Assembly: GCA_963664705.1 (NCBI GenBank)
Contig: OY761556.1
Span: 4,256,001 to 4,320,000 of the forward strand
Reading direction: 5' to 3'
DNA: 64,000 nucleotides
From: Acidobacteriota bacterium
GTDB lineage: Bacteria; Acidobacteriota; UBA6911
This document shows, one piece after another, positions 29,708 through 39,571 of this stretch. Position numbers and translations under genes: made by a program. Each line of letters opens with the position of its first letter. The first letter of the stretch is position 1. The notes beneath the pieces are model-generated. The model did no database searches and had not been told where the DNA came from. It saw only the letters and a list, made by a program, of their open reading frames with translations.

Positions 29708-31243
29708 CTAGAACTTGTAGATAATGTCGAACTGGAGTCGCTTCAACCATGGGTCGCGGCAGTTGGATACATCGGATCCCGTGCAGGCAGCACGCACACC
29801 AGCCGGAACCAGGTCCGTGTTGTACGGGGGATTGGCCAGTTTCCCGATCCACGCTGTGAACTGACCGGTGACGTTGTTATGGAACATGTATGCAATCTGC
29901 AGTTTGTTCTGCCGAATATTTGTCGACGCCCGCAGATCGCTTTCATTAAATGCGGAGATAACGGCATCCTTCTCAATTCTCGCGAAGGTATAGCCAAACT
30001 GAAGGTCTTTGGCTTCTTTTTGTCGTCCAACCGTCAATTCCGCCCAGTAGCCGCTTCTCTCCTTGGGTCCGCGAACATTGTTGACGAAATCAAAGAGGAT
30101 GGTGGTGGGAAACTTGGGGTGCGTGTCCAGTTCCAGCTTCATGATCGCATCCAGGTACGCGAACTTGGATTCATATCCCACTACGGTGCCGCTGCTGTTA
30201 CGCCGCAATGAATTGGAGTTGTTCAAGCTTCCGACAAGAGTCCCGGCCACGCGTCCCGCTGCCGCAACGCCCAATGGATCTGTCCGGAGGAAGTTGAGAC
30301 CGGCGCCATAGAGAGCCAGCCGCGCCTTTGAGCTAAGCCGCCACTGTGTCTGAACCTGTCCGCCAACAATGAAGCTGTCCGGCCCACCGGAGACCTCGTT
30401 GATTGGCAATTGGAAACCAACAATCGTGATATTCCTGAGCGGCGACGAAGAGGGCTTCACATCAAAGGAGAGGGTCTGGGCAAAGCCCTCGGGGTTTACG
30501 TCGCTGTCAAACGTCATCGGCGTCCGGTACCACGGAAAGGCGAACTTGCCGGCATCCAGCTTCAGGAATTTTGCATATTTGGGCTTATAGGAGATGAAGG
30601 CTTTATCAATACCGATATTCTTCCGGTTGAGAAAACCGGTAAATGTCTGGTTGGTGGAAACGGGATCATCCAGCGTCCCCGTCGCCAGCGAGAACCCGGC
30701 ATTGAATTCGTCGGAAAGCTTTGTCGTTACATTGAAGCGGAGCCGGATGCGCTCACGATTCCGGTCGGGGGCTCCTTCCTGAAAAAAGGGTTCGAAGCGC
30801 ACGCGCGCATCGCCTCCGAAAGAAATGTTGCCAAGCTGCTTCAATTTGGAATCATTCGATTTATTGTAAGCCGTCGAATCGGTTTCAATCTTAGTGATTC
30901 TCTGATTGGCCTGGGCGGCACTGTCGGACACGGCCGCAAGCTCTCCTTTGACAATCTCCAGATCATTGAGTTGAGCGTTCGCATTGCCGGCCGGAGCCGC
31001 TGTGTTTGTGTTGCCCGATGCCTGCTGGGCAAGAATCGCCTGGAGTTTTTCTATCTGCTTCTGCTGATTTTCAATCCGATCCTTCATGGCTTCGAGTTCG
31101 GCCGCCATCGTTGCCGCAGTCATGGCTGCATTCCCGGAATTTCCCGCAGGTCCATCTGCTGCCCGCAATGGAATGGTTCGAACGGAGAAAAGCACCGCCA
31201 GAATGCAGTAGATGAGACCCGAAATTCTGCTACGCTTGCGCAT
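29708..31243 (-). CDS. Putative porin (N-terminal coiled coil plus beta-barrel, Porin_5-like)
   Basis: Signal peptide and coiled coil, then GDARVRFE, RERIRLR, DPVSTNQT and DSDVNPEG motifs. C-terminal Phe. First gene of pst operon 2. Confidence 0.75.
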   Translation of the reverse strand: MRKRSRISGLIYCILAVLFSVRTIPLRAADGPAGNSGNAAMTAATMAAELEAMKDRIENQQKQIEKLQAILAQQASGNTNTAAPAGNANAQLNDLEIVKGELAAVSDSAAQANQRITKIETDSTAYNKSNDSKLKQLGNISFGGDARVRFEPFFQEGAPDRNRERIRLRFNVTTKLSDEFNAGFSLATGTLDDPVSTNQTFTGFLNRKNIGIDKAFISYKPKYAKFLKLDAGKFAFPWYRTPMTFDSDVNPEGFAQTLSFDVKPSSSPLRNITIVGFQLPINEVSGGPDSFIVGGQVQTQWRLSSKARLALYGAGLNFLRTDPLGVAAAGRVAGTLVGSLNNSNSLRRNSSGTVVGYESKFAYLDAIMKLELDTHPKFPTTILFDFVNNVRGPKERSGYWAELTVGRQKEAKDLQFGYTFARIEKDAVISAFNESDLRASTNIRQNKLQIAYMFHNNVTGQFTAWIGKLANPPYNTDLVPAGVRAACTGSDVSNCRDPWLKRLQFDIIYKF

Positions 31244-31327
31244 CTGATACTCCTTCATAGGTAAGCAAACCAACCAGTTTCGTTTCACCAAACGAGCGGA
31301 ATGGTACATGACGAATATTTGGAAGAT

Positions 31328-31355
31328 ATGAAACGGGGATTAATATTCTGTTAAG
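31328..31355 (-). promoter_or_regulatory. Pho-box-like repeats upstream of the porin-pst operon
   Basis: Minus strand CTTAAC-AGAAT-ATTAAT-CCCCG-TTTCAT with an 11-bp period. Confidence 0.6.
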
Positions 31356-31443
31356 AGTTGGGAGGTGAAGCTGAGGAGCAACCTATGCCAAGGATACAAA
31401 GGAGATACTTCGGTCCGCCAGGCGTTCCCTGGGAGCGCCCGGC

Positions 31444-31486
31444 AAAAAAAATCCCGTAGAGACGGATTAAGCCATCCCTACGGGAT
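31444..31486 (-). terminator. Rho-independent terminator after the TBDR gene
   Basis: ATCCCGTAG...CTACGGGAT stem followed by a T-tract on the minus strand. A second GC hairpin lies at 31417-31443. Confidence 0.7.
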
Positions 31487-31513
31487 CTTGTTAATCTAAG
31501 CTAGTCGAATCCG

Positions 31514-34500
31514 TTAGAAAACGAAACGGACGCCGAACTGAGCCTGAGCGCGCGACTGGAGATCGTATCGCGTGAAAACGCCCTGGAAGGTTGACGAATT
31601 GATGGTCGACAGGTTGTACTTCATTTTGCCGGTCGAATCGAGGCCGCCGTAGCCAAACACATTGGTCGACGGGAAGGACCCGAAGTATTTCCATCCCCAA
31701 TCCCGATTGAGCAGGTTCAGGAAATTAAACACATCGATCGTAGCTTCTGCGTGCATCTTTTCGCCGCAGGGAATGCGGATTCCATAACGAACATCCATCT
31801 GGTTCGTCCATTTGGCGCGTCCGCCATACCGCGGGAAAATCTGGCCGCGATAATCCTTTGCCGCCGTGCTCTCGATGATCGCATTGAACTGATCCCAGGT
31901 TGCAGACTGGCCCGAGGTGGAACTGTAAAGGGCAATCTGGCTCGGATCGGACGGAACAAAGAGCAGATCGTTGTTGGTAACGCCATCGGCATTGACTTCC
32001 GAACTGTATCCCATCGAATAGCGGAATCCATTTTGTCCGTTAAAGAAAACCGAGGCATTGCTCTTCAAGCCTTTGAACAGCTTGATAGGCACGGATGCGG
32101 AGAAGTTGATCCGGTGTCCGACATCATACCTAGAACGCGCCAGCGGAGGATCGTTGGGAGTGAGTCCTGCCGGGTTGTTCGCCCAGTTGGATCTCGCAAC
32201 ACTCGAAGTACCATCGTTGATCCCATAGGAACGGCCATAGAAGTACGAACCGCTCACGCTGAGAGCCTTGAACGGACGCTCCACCTTGAAGCTCAAGGAC
32301 CACGATTTTCCCTTGTCGGTGTTGGTGAGAAGCATCACATCGTTCAAGGTCGAATCAAATTTCGAGAACGTGCTGCGGCCGTCCGGCAAGGTACCGGTGG
32401 GTACGTAATTGAGGTTCTTGTAGACAATGTCCTTCAGGGTTTTTGTGTACAGGAATTCCCCAGTGCCAATCAGGCCCAGAAATCCAAGTTCCCGATCAAT
32501 GGCGGCCGTCATGCGCAGAATCGCAGGGTATTTGTAATCCGGGTCGATGACGTTGATAGTCTGTCTGCCGGTCGTGCCACCGGTAATAGTGGTCGGCTGG
32601 TTCAGAGCATCTGACACAAACGGGATTTTGTTGCTGGAGCTGTAACTAACGGAAAGGCTGGTAAAATCAACACCGGTATTGCCGTATTGATTAGACATCC
32701 AGACATAGGGGGTACGGCCGGTGAACAAGCCAATGCCACCGCGGACCTGAGTTCTTTTCCCCTGTTCGTTGGTCAGTGTCCAGTTAATACCAACACGCGG
32801 GGACAACATCGTCGGAGCCGGCACGATATTGGTCCCATACCCGAATTTCGTGCTGGCGACCGGGTTTGTGTGCGGATTATCCGGGAATCTCGGGATATCC
32901 ACTCTCATACCGTAGGTCAGCATGACATTGCTTCGAGCGCGCCATTGGTCGCCGGCATAAAAGCCGAACTGGTATACCGGAAAATCGGCGGCATTGATGG
33001 GGTCGCTCGAGTTATTTGAGAAATTGTGGCTGTAAGACTGGGCAATACCGGCCTGGAAGTTGGCGATATTGCTGAAGCGGTATCCACCATAGAAATACTG
33101 GATAAACGCATTATAAAACTTGTAGAACTCATTGTGAGTCCCGATTGAGATTGTGTGCTTCCCTTTGACAATTGTCAGGTCATCGGTCACTTCCACGATA
33201 TCCTGATTCAGCTTATTCACCTGGGACGAGTACTCGGAACCCAAATAGACATAGCTGGCATCGGGGAAATCGACACGAACTTCAGGGAAGGGCTTTTGCC
33301 CGGCCTGGTCACCGCGAACATTGCGCTCACGCTGATAGGTGACCCGGAACTCGTTATAAACCTTACCCATCGTGCTGTTCAACTGTCCAACGAACGACTT
33401 CATGACATCTGTCATGCTGTAGAAGTTCGTGGGGAGTTTGTAGGAGTCGCTGTAAATGGTGCCGGTATAGGATTCGCCTTTGACGTAATTCATCCGGACC
33501 ATCAACTGGTTGTGTTTTGACAGGTTTATGTCGCCGCGGAGGAAGAATTTGTTGGCGTTGTTCGGCCGCGAAAATTCACCGCCTGCGCCGGCATCGTAGC
33601 CATACGTATTTTTGGCCACGTCGATGACCTGCTGCACCAGGGCAGCATTTGCCCAGGTCTGACCCGACGCACCGTCCAGCGAATACCCGGTCGGAGTATT
33701 CTTTCGCGCCCAATCAAAGTTCGAGAAGAAGAAAGCCTTATCCTTCACGATTGGCCCGCCGACGCTGAAACCGACCTGCTTATCACTGAAAGTACCCACA
33801 ATGGAGTCCGCGGGAGTCGGATTCGCTTTCGTCGCAATCCCTGGAAGCGATCGCATCCAGTCCTGGTTTCGTCCAAAAAAGTAACCGGTGCCATGGAAAG
33901 AGTTCGTTCCACTTTTGGTAACGGCATTGATGCCGCCGCCGGAGAACCCGCCCTGCCGCACATCATAAGGAGAAACAGCCAACTGGATTTCCTGAATGGC
34001 ATCGATGCTTATCGGCTGTGTACCGGTCTGACCGCCGGGAGTTCCTGAGTCCGCCAGGCCGAAAACGTCATTATTAACAGCGCCATCGATCTGCATGTTG
34101 TTATAGCGATTGTTGCGGCCCGCTATGCTGATAAATGCGGTTCTGTCGGCTCCGTCCGCGGTATTGTTGAAGTATGGCGAGGTGCGGGCGAAATCAGCAA
34201 TGCTGCGGGAAATGGAAGGCAGTTCACGAATGGATTGCTCATCCACGTTCGCCATTGTACCCGAAACGGAAGTATCGATCAGCTGCGCATCAGCCGTAAC
34301 GGTTACGGTTTCGGATGCAACCGCAGGCTGAAGGACAAAATCAACCCGACGGGATTCACCCAGGGCGATCTGGATATCCTTCTGTTCCTGTGTGCCGAAT
34401 TTTGCAGCACTGGCCTTGATCACATACGGGCCACCCACACGTGCGGACGGGATGATGTACCGTCCATCCGACTGGCTGACCGCTTCATAGGTCGTTCCCG

Positions 34501-34672
34501 TTGGAACGTGCACTGCGGTGATGACTGCTCCCGGGATCACTGCCTTCTGTGAATCCATAACCGCTCCGGCAATACTGCCGGTGGTAACCGTCTGTGCCGC
34601 AAGAATCCCCGGCAAAACGGTCAGGGCACACAAGGCAAGGCATCCCCAAAGTACGACGATTCCTCTTCTCAT
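31514..34672 (-). CDS. Oar-like TonB-dependent receptor (carboxypeptidase-regulatory-like domain, plug and barrel)
   Basis: Signal peptide, then IDGAVNNDVFG, SIDAIQE and GGINAVTKSGTNSFHG motifs. C-terminal GVRFVF. AGGAG RBS before ATG34672. Confidence 0.9.
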   Translation of the reverse strand: MRRGIVVLWGCLALCALTVLPGILAAQTVTTGSIAGAVMDSQKAVIPGAVITAVHVPTGTTYEAVSQSDGRYIIPSARVGGPYVIKASAAKFGTQEQKDIQIALGESRRVDFVLQPAVASETVTVTADAQLIDTSVSGTMANVDEQSIRELPSISRSIADFARTSPYFNNTADGADRTAFISIAGRNNRYNNMQIDGAVNNDVFGLADSGTPGGQTGTQPISIDAIQEIQLAVSPYDVRQGGFSGGGINAVTKSGTNSFHGTGYFFGRNQDWMRSLPGIATKANPTPADSIVGTFSDKQVGFSVGGPIVKDKAFFFSNFDWARKNTPTGYSLDGASGQTWANAALVQQVIDVAKNTYGYDAGAGGEFSRPNNANKFFLRGDINLSKHNQLMVRMNYVKGESYTGTIYSDSYKLPTNFYSMTDVMKSFVGQLNSTMGKVYNEFRVTYQRERNVRGDQAGQKPFPEVRVDFPDASYVYLGSEYSSQVNKLNQDIVEVTDDLTIVKGKHTISIGTHNEFYKFYNAFIQYFYGGYRFSNIANFQAGIAQSYSHNFSNNSSDPINAADFPVYQFGFYAGDQWRARSNVMLTYGMRVDIPRFPDNPHTNPVASTKFGYGTNIVPAPTMLSPRVGINWTLTNEQGKRTQVRGGIGLFTGRTPYVWMSNQYGNTGVDFTSLSVSYSSSNKIPFVSDALNQPTTITGGTTGRQTINVIDPDYKYPAILRMTAAIDRELGFLGLIGTGEFLYTKTLKDIVYKNLNYVPTGTLPDGRSTFSKFDSTLNDVMLLTNTDKGKSWSLSFKVERPFKALSVSGSYFYGRSYGINDGTSSVARSNWANNPAGLTPNDPPLARSRYDVGHRINFSASVPIKLFKGLKSNASVFFNGQNGFRYSMGYSSEVNADGVTNNDLLFVPSDPSQIALYSSTSGQSATWDQFNAIIESTAAKDYRGQIFPRYGGRAKWTNQMDVRYGIRIPCGEKMHAEATIDVFNFLNLLNRDWGWKYFGSFPSTNVFGYGGLDSTGKMKYNLSTINSSTFQGVFTRYDLQSRAQAQFGVRFVF

Positions 34673-34904
34673 GATTCTTCTCCTGGTAACAAGTGTTTTA
34701 ACAGAGCGGAGAGATAACAATTAATAACGCACTATTTCAGCCCGCAATAAAACACACGTAGAGCCACTCACTTCAAAACGAACGGGATAAGCTATCCCAA
34801 GAACGGTGGATGGTCAATCAATTCGTTAGTAATTTGGAGATTTATTAGAATATGCTAATTATAATTTCCTGCGACAAGAAATGGCAAGATTGTCAATCTG
34901 AGCC

Positions 34905-35924
34905 CTATTTGTGAAGAAAGGGGCGTATCCCAAATTCCAGAAGCGCTCCGAAAAGAGCCGAACATGGAATCGTCAGAACCCAGGCCCACACAATGTTCTT
35001 CGCTATCCCCCAGCGGACAGCGGAAAGGCGCTGAATGGACCCGGCCCCCACGATCGCTCCGGTAATGGTGTGGGTTGTGCTTAGTGGAATTCCAAAAAGC
35101 GAGAGGAAAACAATGGTGACCCCGCCTCCCGTCTCGGCACAAAACCCACCGACTGGTTGCAGTTTCGTCAGCCTCATTCCAAGAGTTTTCACGATTCGCC
35201 ATCCGCCGAAATAGGTTCCAAGGGCAATCGCGGCGTGGCAGGAGAGAATCACCCACAGGGGCACATGCTGTTTGGCACCCGCAGCCGACGCCGGGTGCAG
35301 GTTTGCCGAAATCAGCAAAGCCAGGATAATGCCCATCGTCTTCTGCGCATCATTCATTCCATGGCTGAAGCTGAAAATGGATGCGGAGACCAACTGCCCT
35401 CTGCGGAAGAACCGATCCACATTTCGCGGAGTGGCATTCCTGAAAATAAAATAGACCAGCATCATTATGAGCCGGCCAAGCACCAGTCCGACGATTGGGG
35501 CAATAACAATGTAAGGAATGATTTTGAGCAGCCCCGCCGGCTTTAGCGCAATCCACCCGGCTTTTGCAACCGCTGCGCCGGCAAAACCTCCAACCAATGC
35601 GTGCGATGAACTGGTCGGTAGTCCGAACCACCAGGTTATCAAATCCCATATGATCGCACCCAGCAGTCCAAACATTACGAGGTAAGGATCCAGGAATTGC
35701 TGGTGGACGATATCCTTTCCAATCGTGGACGCCACCTTGGTCTCGAAGAAGAATGCTGCGGCAAAGTTGCATAATGCCGCAAGCAGAACGGCGGCTTTGG
35801 GAGATAGGACCCTTGTTGAAACCACGGTTGCAATAGAATTGGCCGCATCGTGAAATCCATTCAGGAAGTCGAAAGCGAGTGCAACCGCAATAACGATAAT
35901 TACCAGAACCAGTTGACTATCCAT
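34905..35924 (-). CDS. pit: PiT-family inorganic phosphate transporter
   Basis: NGFHDAANSIAT, GLPTSSSHAL, HGMNDAQK and PLSTTH motifs. Confidence 0.93.
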   Translation of the reverse strand: MDSQLVLVIIVIAVALAFDFLNGFHDAANSIATVVSTRVLSPKAAVLLAALCNFAAAFFFETKVASTIGKDIVHQQFLDPYLVMFGLLGAIIWDLITWWFGLPTSSSHALVGGFAGAAVAKAGWIALKPAGLLKIIPYIVIAPIVGLVLGRLIMMLVYFIFRNATPRNVDRFFRRGQLVSASIFSFSHGMNDAQKTMGIILALLISANLHPASAAGAKQHVPLWVILSCHAAIALGTYFGGWRIVKTLGMRLTKLQPVGGFCAETGGGVTIVFLSLFGIPLSTTHTITGAIVGAGSIQRLSAVRWGIAKNIVWAWVLTIPCSALFGALLEFGIRPFLHK

Positions 35925-35985
35925 CGCACTCCTCGGCCAAACCTTGTCGTATATCCATCTCGGCAGGTAAAAATACAGATGAATT

Positions 35986-36024
35986 ATTAAGAAATGATTA
36001 AGAAATGGATATCTTTCGGTTAAG
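35986..36024 (-). promoter_or_regulatory. Pho-box-like repeats upstream of pit
   Basis: Plus strand ATTAAGAAATG twice (perfect 11-bp tandem) plus GTTAAG 22 bp further on in register. Confidence 0.65.
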
Positions 36025-36093
36025 AAGTCCTGCGGTAAGCGAGGCTATCCGAGTGCGGGGCTCAGGAATTGTATTAGCAAAAATCGCCCTCGG

Positions 36094-38793
36094 CTAAAAC
36101 GTATATTTGAGCGCGACTTCAATCTCCCTTGCATTTTCTGCGTTGGAGATAACGCCGAAAGTTGGCGTTCCCAGAAAGTTCCCCGGCTGCTGGAAATTGA
36201 CATTATTAAATGCATTGAACATCTGCACTCTGAACTCCAGCAGGTTCCCGTCTCCGGTAACCTTGGTTCTCTTCAAAATGCTGATGTCCCATTTCCTTTC
36301 GGTAGGCGAGAGCAGTATATTGCGGCCCGAATCCCCAAACCATTGCGGGTTGCTGCCATCATAATCAGGCATAACAAAATCCGAGGTTTCGAACCACTTA
36401 TCGACGGTGCGTCTGGAAGCCGGAAGAATCCCGGAACCCAGTCGGTTGGGCCGGTCGCCCCAGACTCCGTCATTATTGGGGTCTCCAAAAACCTCCGGAT
36501 TGAACGGCCATCCCGATGTTATCGTGGTAATCCCGGATATCCGCCAGCCCTCAAAGAGCGGGGCCAGCTTGCCCGCCCAGCTCGAGGAGATCCACTTCCC
36601 GCGTCCAATAGGCAGATCAAGAATGTAGTTAACATTGAACTGCATCGGAGCCGCGAAAGCATACGTAGAACGCTCTCCAGCCATGTTCCGCGGATTGCTC
36701 GGATTGACAAACGCCCATCCCCAGCAGTCGCTCAGGGCGCGGTTCCAGTTAAAACCGGTCTGCAGCGAGAAAGCCCCTGTGAGTCGCCGCTGCAATTGGG
36801 CATTGATGGCATGGCTGGTATACGATGCTCCGCTGGTCATTATATCGAATTGCCCATATTTGGGGTTCGGTCTCCTCGGTTGTATCGGTGAACCATAAGC
36901 GGCCGGAAGCGGCACGTTCGCTGGAATTGTCCGGAAAAGGTGCGTCGTCTTCTGGCCATCATAGGCAAGTTCAAGGCTCCAGCCGGGCTTGAACTCGTAT
37001 TGCAGGGACGCGTTCCAATTCTGCACATAGGGATTTCTCAAATGAGGATCAGCCGCTTGAATGGTAATGGCCGCCGGAGTTGTTGAATCAAAGGGATTGG
37101 ACAGATTCAAGGCGGGAGTTGTGGGAGATTCCGCTTTTTCAATATAGAAAAAAGGATAATTGCGGCCGATATAGGTCAGGCCTTGAATCGGATTCATGAA
37201 GCTGTGCGTGATCTTGTAGGACAACCGAAAGACCAGGGCATTATTGCCGAACGGGCTGTATGCGAAGCCAAGGCTAGGCTCCCAATCGTTTCTATCCGGA
37301 TAGGCGGCCTCGCCCGCATTCAGGTTCAGCCCCATCTCACGAGCCCTGTGCGAGCCGGTAACAACGATTTCCCCATCCGGAGACGGTTCGAAAAGCAGCG
37401 GATAAAAGAAGGAAACCCGGTCCTGGGTCGAGCGGAAAAAGGGAGTATAGCTATAGGCAAGCGCCATGTTGATTGTAAAGTTCCGGTTGATCTTCCAATC
37501 ATCCTTTACGGCAAGCTGCCAGTTTCTTCGTCGCAAATCAGAGCGGTTGGACCCGATTCCCCGCCTGGCGGAGTACGGTATGCCCAAAAGAAAATCTGCA
37601 AAGGCATCCCCTGTAAACAAACCGGAAAAACCGAATTGGCCGCGCCTCGAGCCCCACGTCCTCATATTATTCAACTGAATGGAGTTCAAATACCCGGAGA
37701 GCCCGATTGTGTGATTCCCATGAACATAGGTGTACTCACCCTTGAAGCCATAGGTATTCTGGCAAAAAGTTTCCGGCGAACCATTGGCGAAACCGGCACC
37801 GGGGAAACTGAAGCCGAAGCCGAACCCGAGAGGCGCATATCCCAAAATATCCATTTGCGGATAGCCCTCATCCATTAAATCGAGCGCACGAACGCCTGCA
37901 ATCCCAAATGAACCCAGCAACCCTTCCTGAAAGGCCTGCTTCGAAAGCTGAATGCTCGTGTTTCTATCAAAGCTGAGATGAAGGCTTAAAACCTTATTGC
38001 TGCTGAATGAATGCGTCAGATCGGCGGAAATGCTTTGCGTCCGCTGATTCATGATTGTTCCAAATGAGGGGAGCGTGGAAACAAGGGATTGTCTCCCATC
38101 ATTAATAGTGTAGTTGCCAAAGATCTTGGTTTGCGGACTGAATTCGTAATCGACGCGCGAGCTGATGCTGTTGTTATTATTTCCAAATGGCTGATTATTG
38201 ACATAGTTGCGCATCGGATCATCGCGCGTAGGGTCGGGGAAAAGCGATAATAGCTTGGCTGACACCGGATTGATGCGCTCTACCGGAATTTTATTGCCGG
38301 AAAATGGCTCATATGTAAATGGATCGATCAATCGAATAGCGGTATTGGCGCTGAAATCACCGCGTTTCATCTCATAAGTTGGGACCAGGGAAAGCATCGT
38401 GGAGCCTTTGATGATTCTCAGTCCATCATAGCTGCCAAACACTTTCAGCCTTTTTGTAACCAGCGCTCCGAAACTTAATCCAAACTGGTTTCGCTTGAAT
38501 TCGGGAAGTGGTTCTCCAACCGGATCGAAGAAATTGCGGGCATCGAAATTATCGTTGCGATGATACTCATAAACCGAGCCGTAGTACTTGCCCCGTTTAC
38601 GAACGGAGAAAGGATTCACGACAAGCGCAACCGATTCATCCTTAGGCGCATTTGAAACGGACCATACCTCCTGCATCCGTATGCCGAAGGCATCGATTTG
38701 CTCCAATGCAGGTTCCTGCTTCTCATCCTTGGCAAATGCAGCCCCATTGATCAGGATAAAGGTTGAAACGAGTAGCGCCAAAACAGTTTTCAT
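36094..38793 (-). CDS. Oar-like outer-membrane barrel lacking the N-terminal domain and plug
   Basis: Signal peptide MKTVLALL...AFA. The barrel-start motif GSVYEYHRNDNFDARNFF...RNQFG appears at about aa 70. C-terminal REIEVALKYTF. Confidence 0.8.
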   Translation of the reverse strand: MKTVLALLVSTFILINGAAFAKDEKQEPALEQIDAFGIRMQEVWSVSNAPKDESVALVVNPFSVRKRGKYYGSVYEYHRNDNFDARNFFDPVGEPLPEFKRNQFGLSFGALVTKRLKVFGSYDGLRIIKGSTMLSLVPTYEMKRGDFSANTAIRLIDPFTYEPFSGNKIPVERINPVSAKLLSLFPDPTRDDPMRNYVNNQPFGNNNNSISSRVDYEFSPQTKIFGNYTINDGRQSLVSTLPSFGTIMNQRTQSISADLTHSFSSNKVLSLHLSFDRNTSIQLSKQAFQEGLLGSFGIAGVRALDLMDEGYPQMDILGYAPLGFGFGFSFPGAGFANGSPETFCQNTYGFKGEYTYVHGNHTIGLSGYLNSIQLNNMRTWGSRRGQFGFSGLFTGDAFADFLLGIPYSARRGIGSNRSDLRRRNWQLAVKDDWKINRNFTINMALAYSYTPFFRSTQDRVSFFYPLLFEPSPDGEIVVTGSHRAREMGLNLNAGEAAYPDRNDWEPSLGFAYSPFGNNALVFRLSYKITHSFMNPIQGLTYIGRNYPFFYIEKAESPTTPALNLSNPFDSTTPAAITIQAADPHLRNPYVQNWNASLQYEFKPGWSLELAYDGQKTTHLFRTIPANVPLPAAYGSPIQPRRPNPKYGQFDIMTSGASYTSHAINAQLQRRLTGAFSLQTGFNWNRALSDCWGWAFVNPSNPRNMAGERSTYAFAAPMQFNVNYILDLPIGRGKWISSSWAGKLAPLFEGWRISGITTITSGWPFNPEVFGDPNNDGVWGDRPNRLGSGILPASRRTVDKWFETSDFVMPDYDGSNPQWFGDSGRNILLSPTERKWDISILKRTKVTGDGNLLEFRVQMFNAFNNVNFQQPGNFLGTPTFGVISNAENAREIEVALKYTF

Positions 38794-38807
38794 ACCATCC
38801 CTTAAAA

Positions 38808-38823
38808 CATATATATATATATG
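38808..38823. repeat. (AT)7 microsatellite/palindrome CATATATATATATATG
   Basis: Read directly, about 15 bp upstream of ATG38793. Confidence 0.85.
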
Positions 38824-38893
38824 CGGAGGCCCGATTGGATACAGCAACGCACTGCACGAAGCCAAAAGGTTCGCACCCCCATGCCCGGCAACA

Positions 38894-39571
38894 CTAATAG
38901 AGGAGTTCGCCGTCGACAACCATTGGCTTGACGGCAAAAGTTGCCCTCAACCTTGATTTGGCGCCGGAGAATTCAAGAAGCTCGAACGTCAGATTTCCGC
39001 TGTCCTTGCTAAGGATCGGGACTCCGTTCACTTCCCTTGGAAAAACAAACTTGGCTCCCACGCTCTCTTCACGCGGAGGAAAATATTCGCTGACTTCCAA
39101 TTGCGGGAATGACGGAGTAGACAGATACGCTTTGTTCTTCAGCGTCTTGGCAGTTTCGCTCTGAAAAAATCGGCGCAGGCTGCTTTCTTCATTGGGATCA
39201 TTGGAGCGGTAGCTAATGGAAACGACAATCCAGTGAGACATATCCATATCGAGATTATTGCGCTGGGCTTTATCGAAGTGTCGCCTCTCGTCGATCGGCA
39301 TATTGTCATATCCATGATTGAGCTGCTGAACGCGCGCATAGGCTTCACGGATGGGACGAGCAGACAAAAACCGAATGTAGAAAGTATTATAAATTTCCTT
39401 CTCGCCGGAAATGCCGCTTCCGACTCCGCTGATCACGCGCGTGAAAGTCTCCTGCCTGGCCCAGGGAGACGTATTCAGCATCTGGACCGCCTTGTCCATC
39501 GACCAACGGGTAAAAGCGTCCGGTGGTGCGCCGGCAAGCAATGCAAAGAGAATTCCAAATAATGTCGTCAT
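38894..39571 (-). CDS. Hypothetical exported protein
   Basis: MTTLFGILFALLAG signal-like start and AVQMLNTSPWA motif. No family recognised. Confidence 0.7.
   Translation of the reverse strand: MTTLFGILFALLAGAPPDAFTRWSMDKAVQMLNTSPWARQETFTRVISGVGSGISGEKEIYNTFYIRFLSARPIREAYARVQQLNHGYDNMPIDERRHFDKAQRNNLDMDMSHWIVVSISYRSNDPNEESSLRRFFQSETAKTLKNKAYLSTPSFPQLEVSEYFPPREESVGAKFVFPREVNGVPILSKDSGNLTFELLEFSGAKSRLRATFAVKPMVVDGELLY

Noticed and set aside
34805-34865. Pho box upstream of the TBDR
   Set aside because: AT-rich, but the TTAA-like units are not in a clean 11-bp register.
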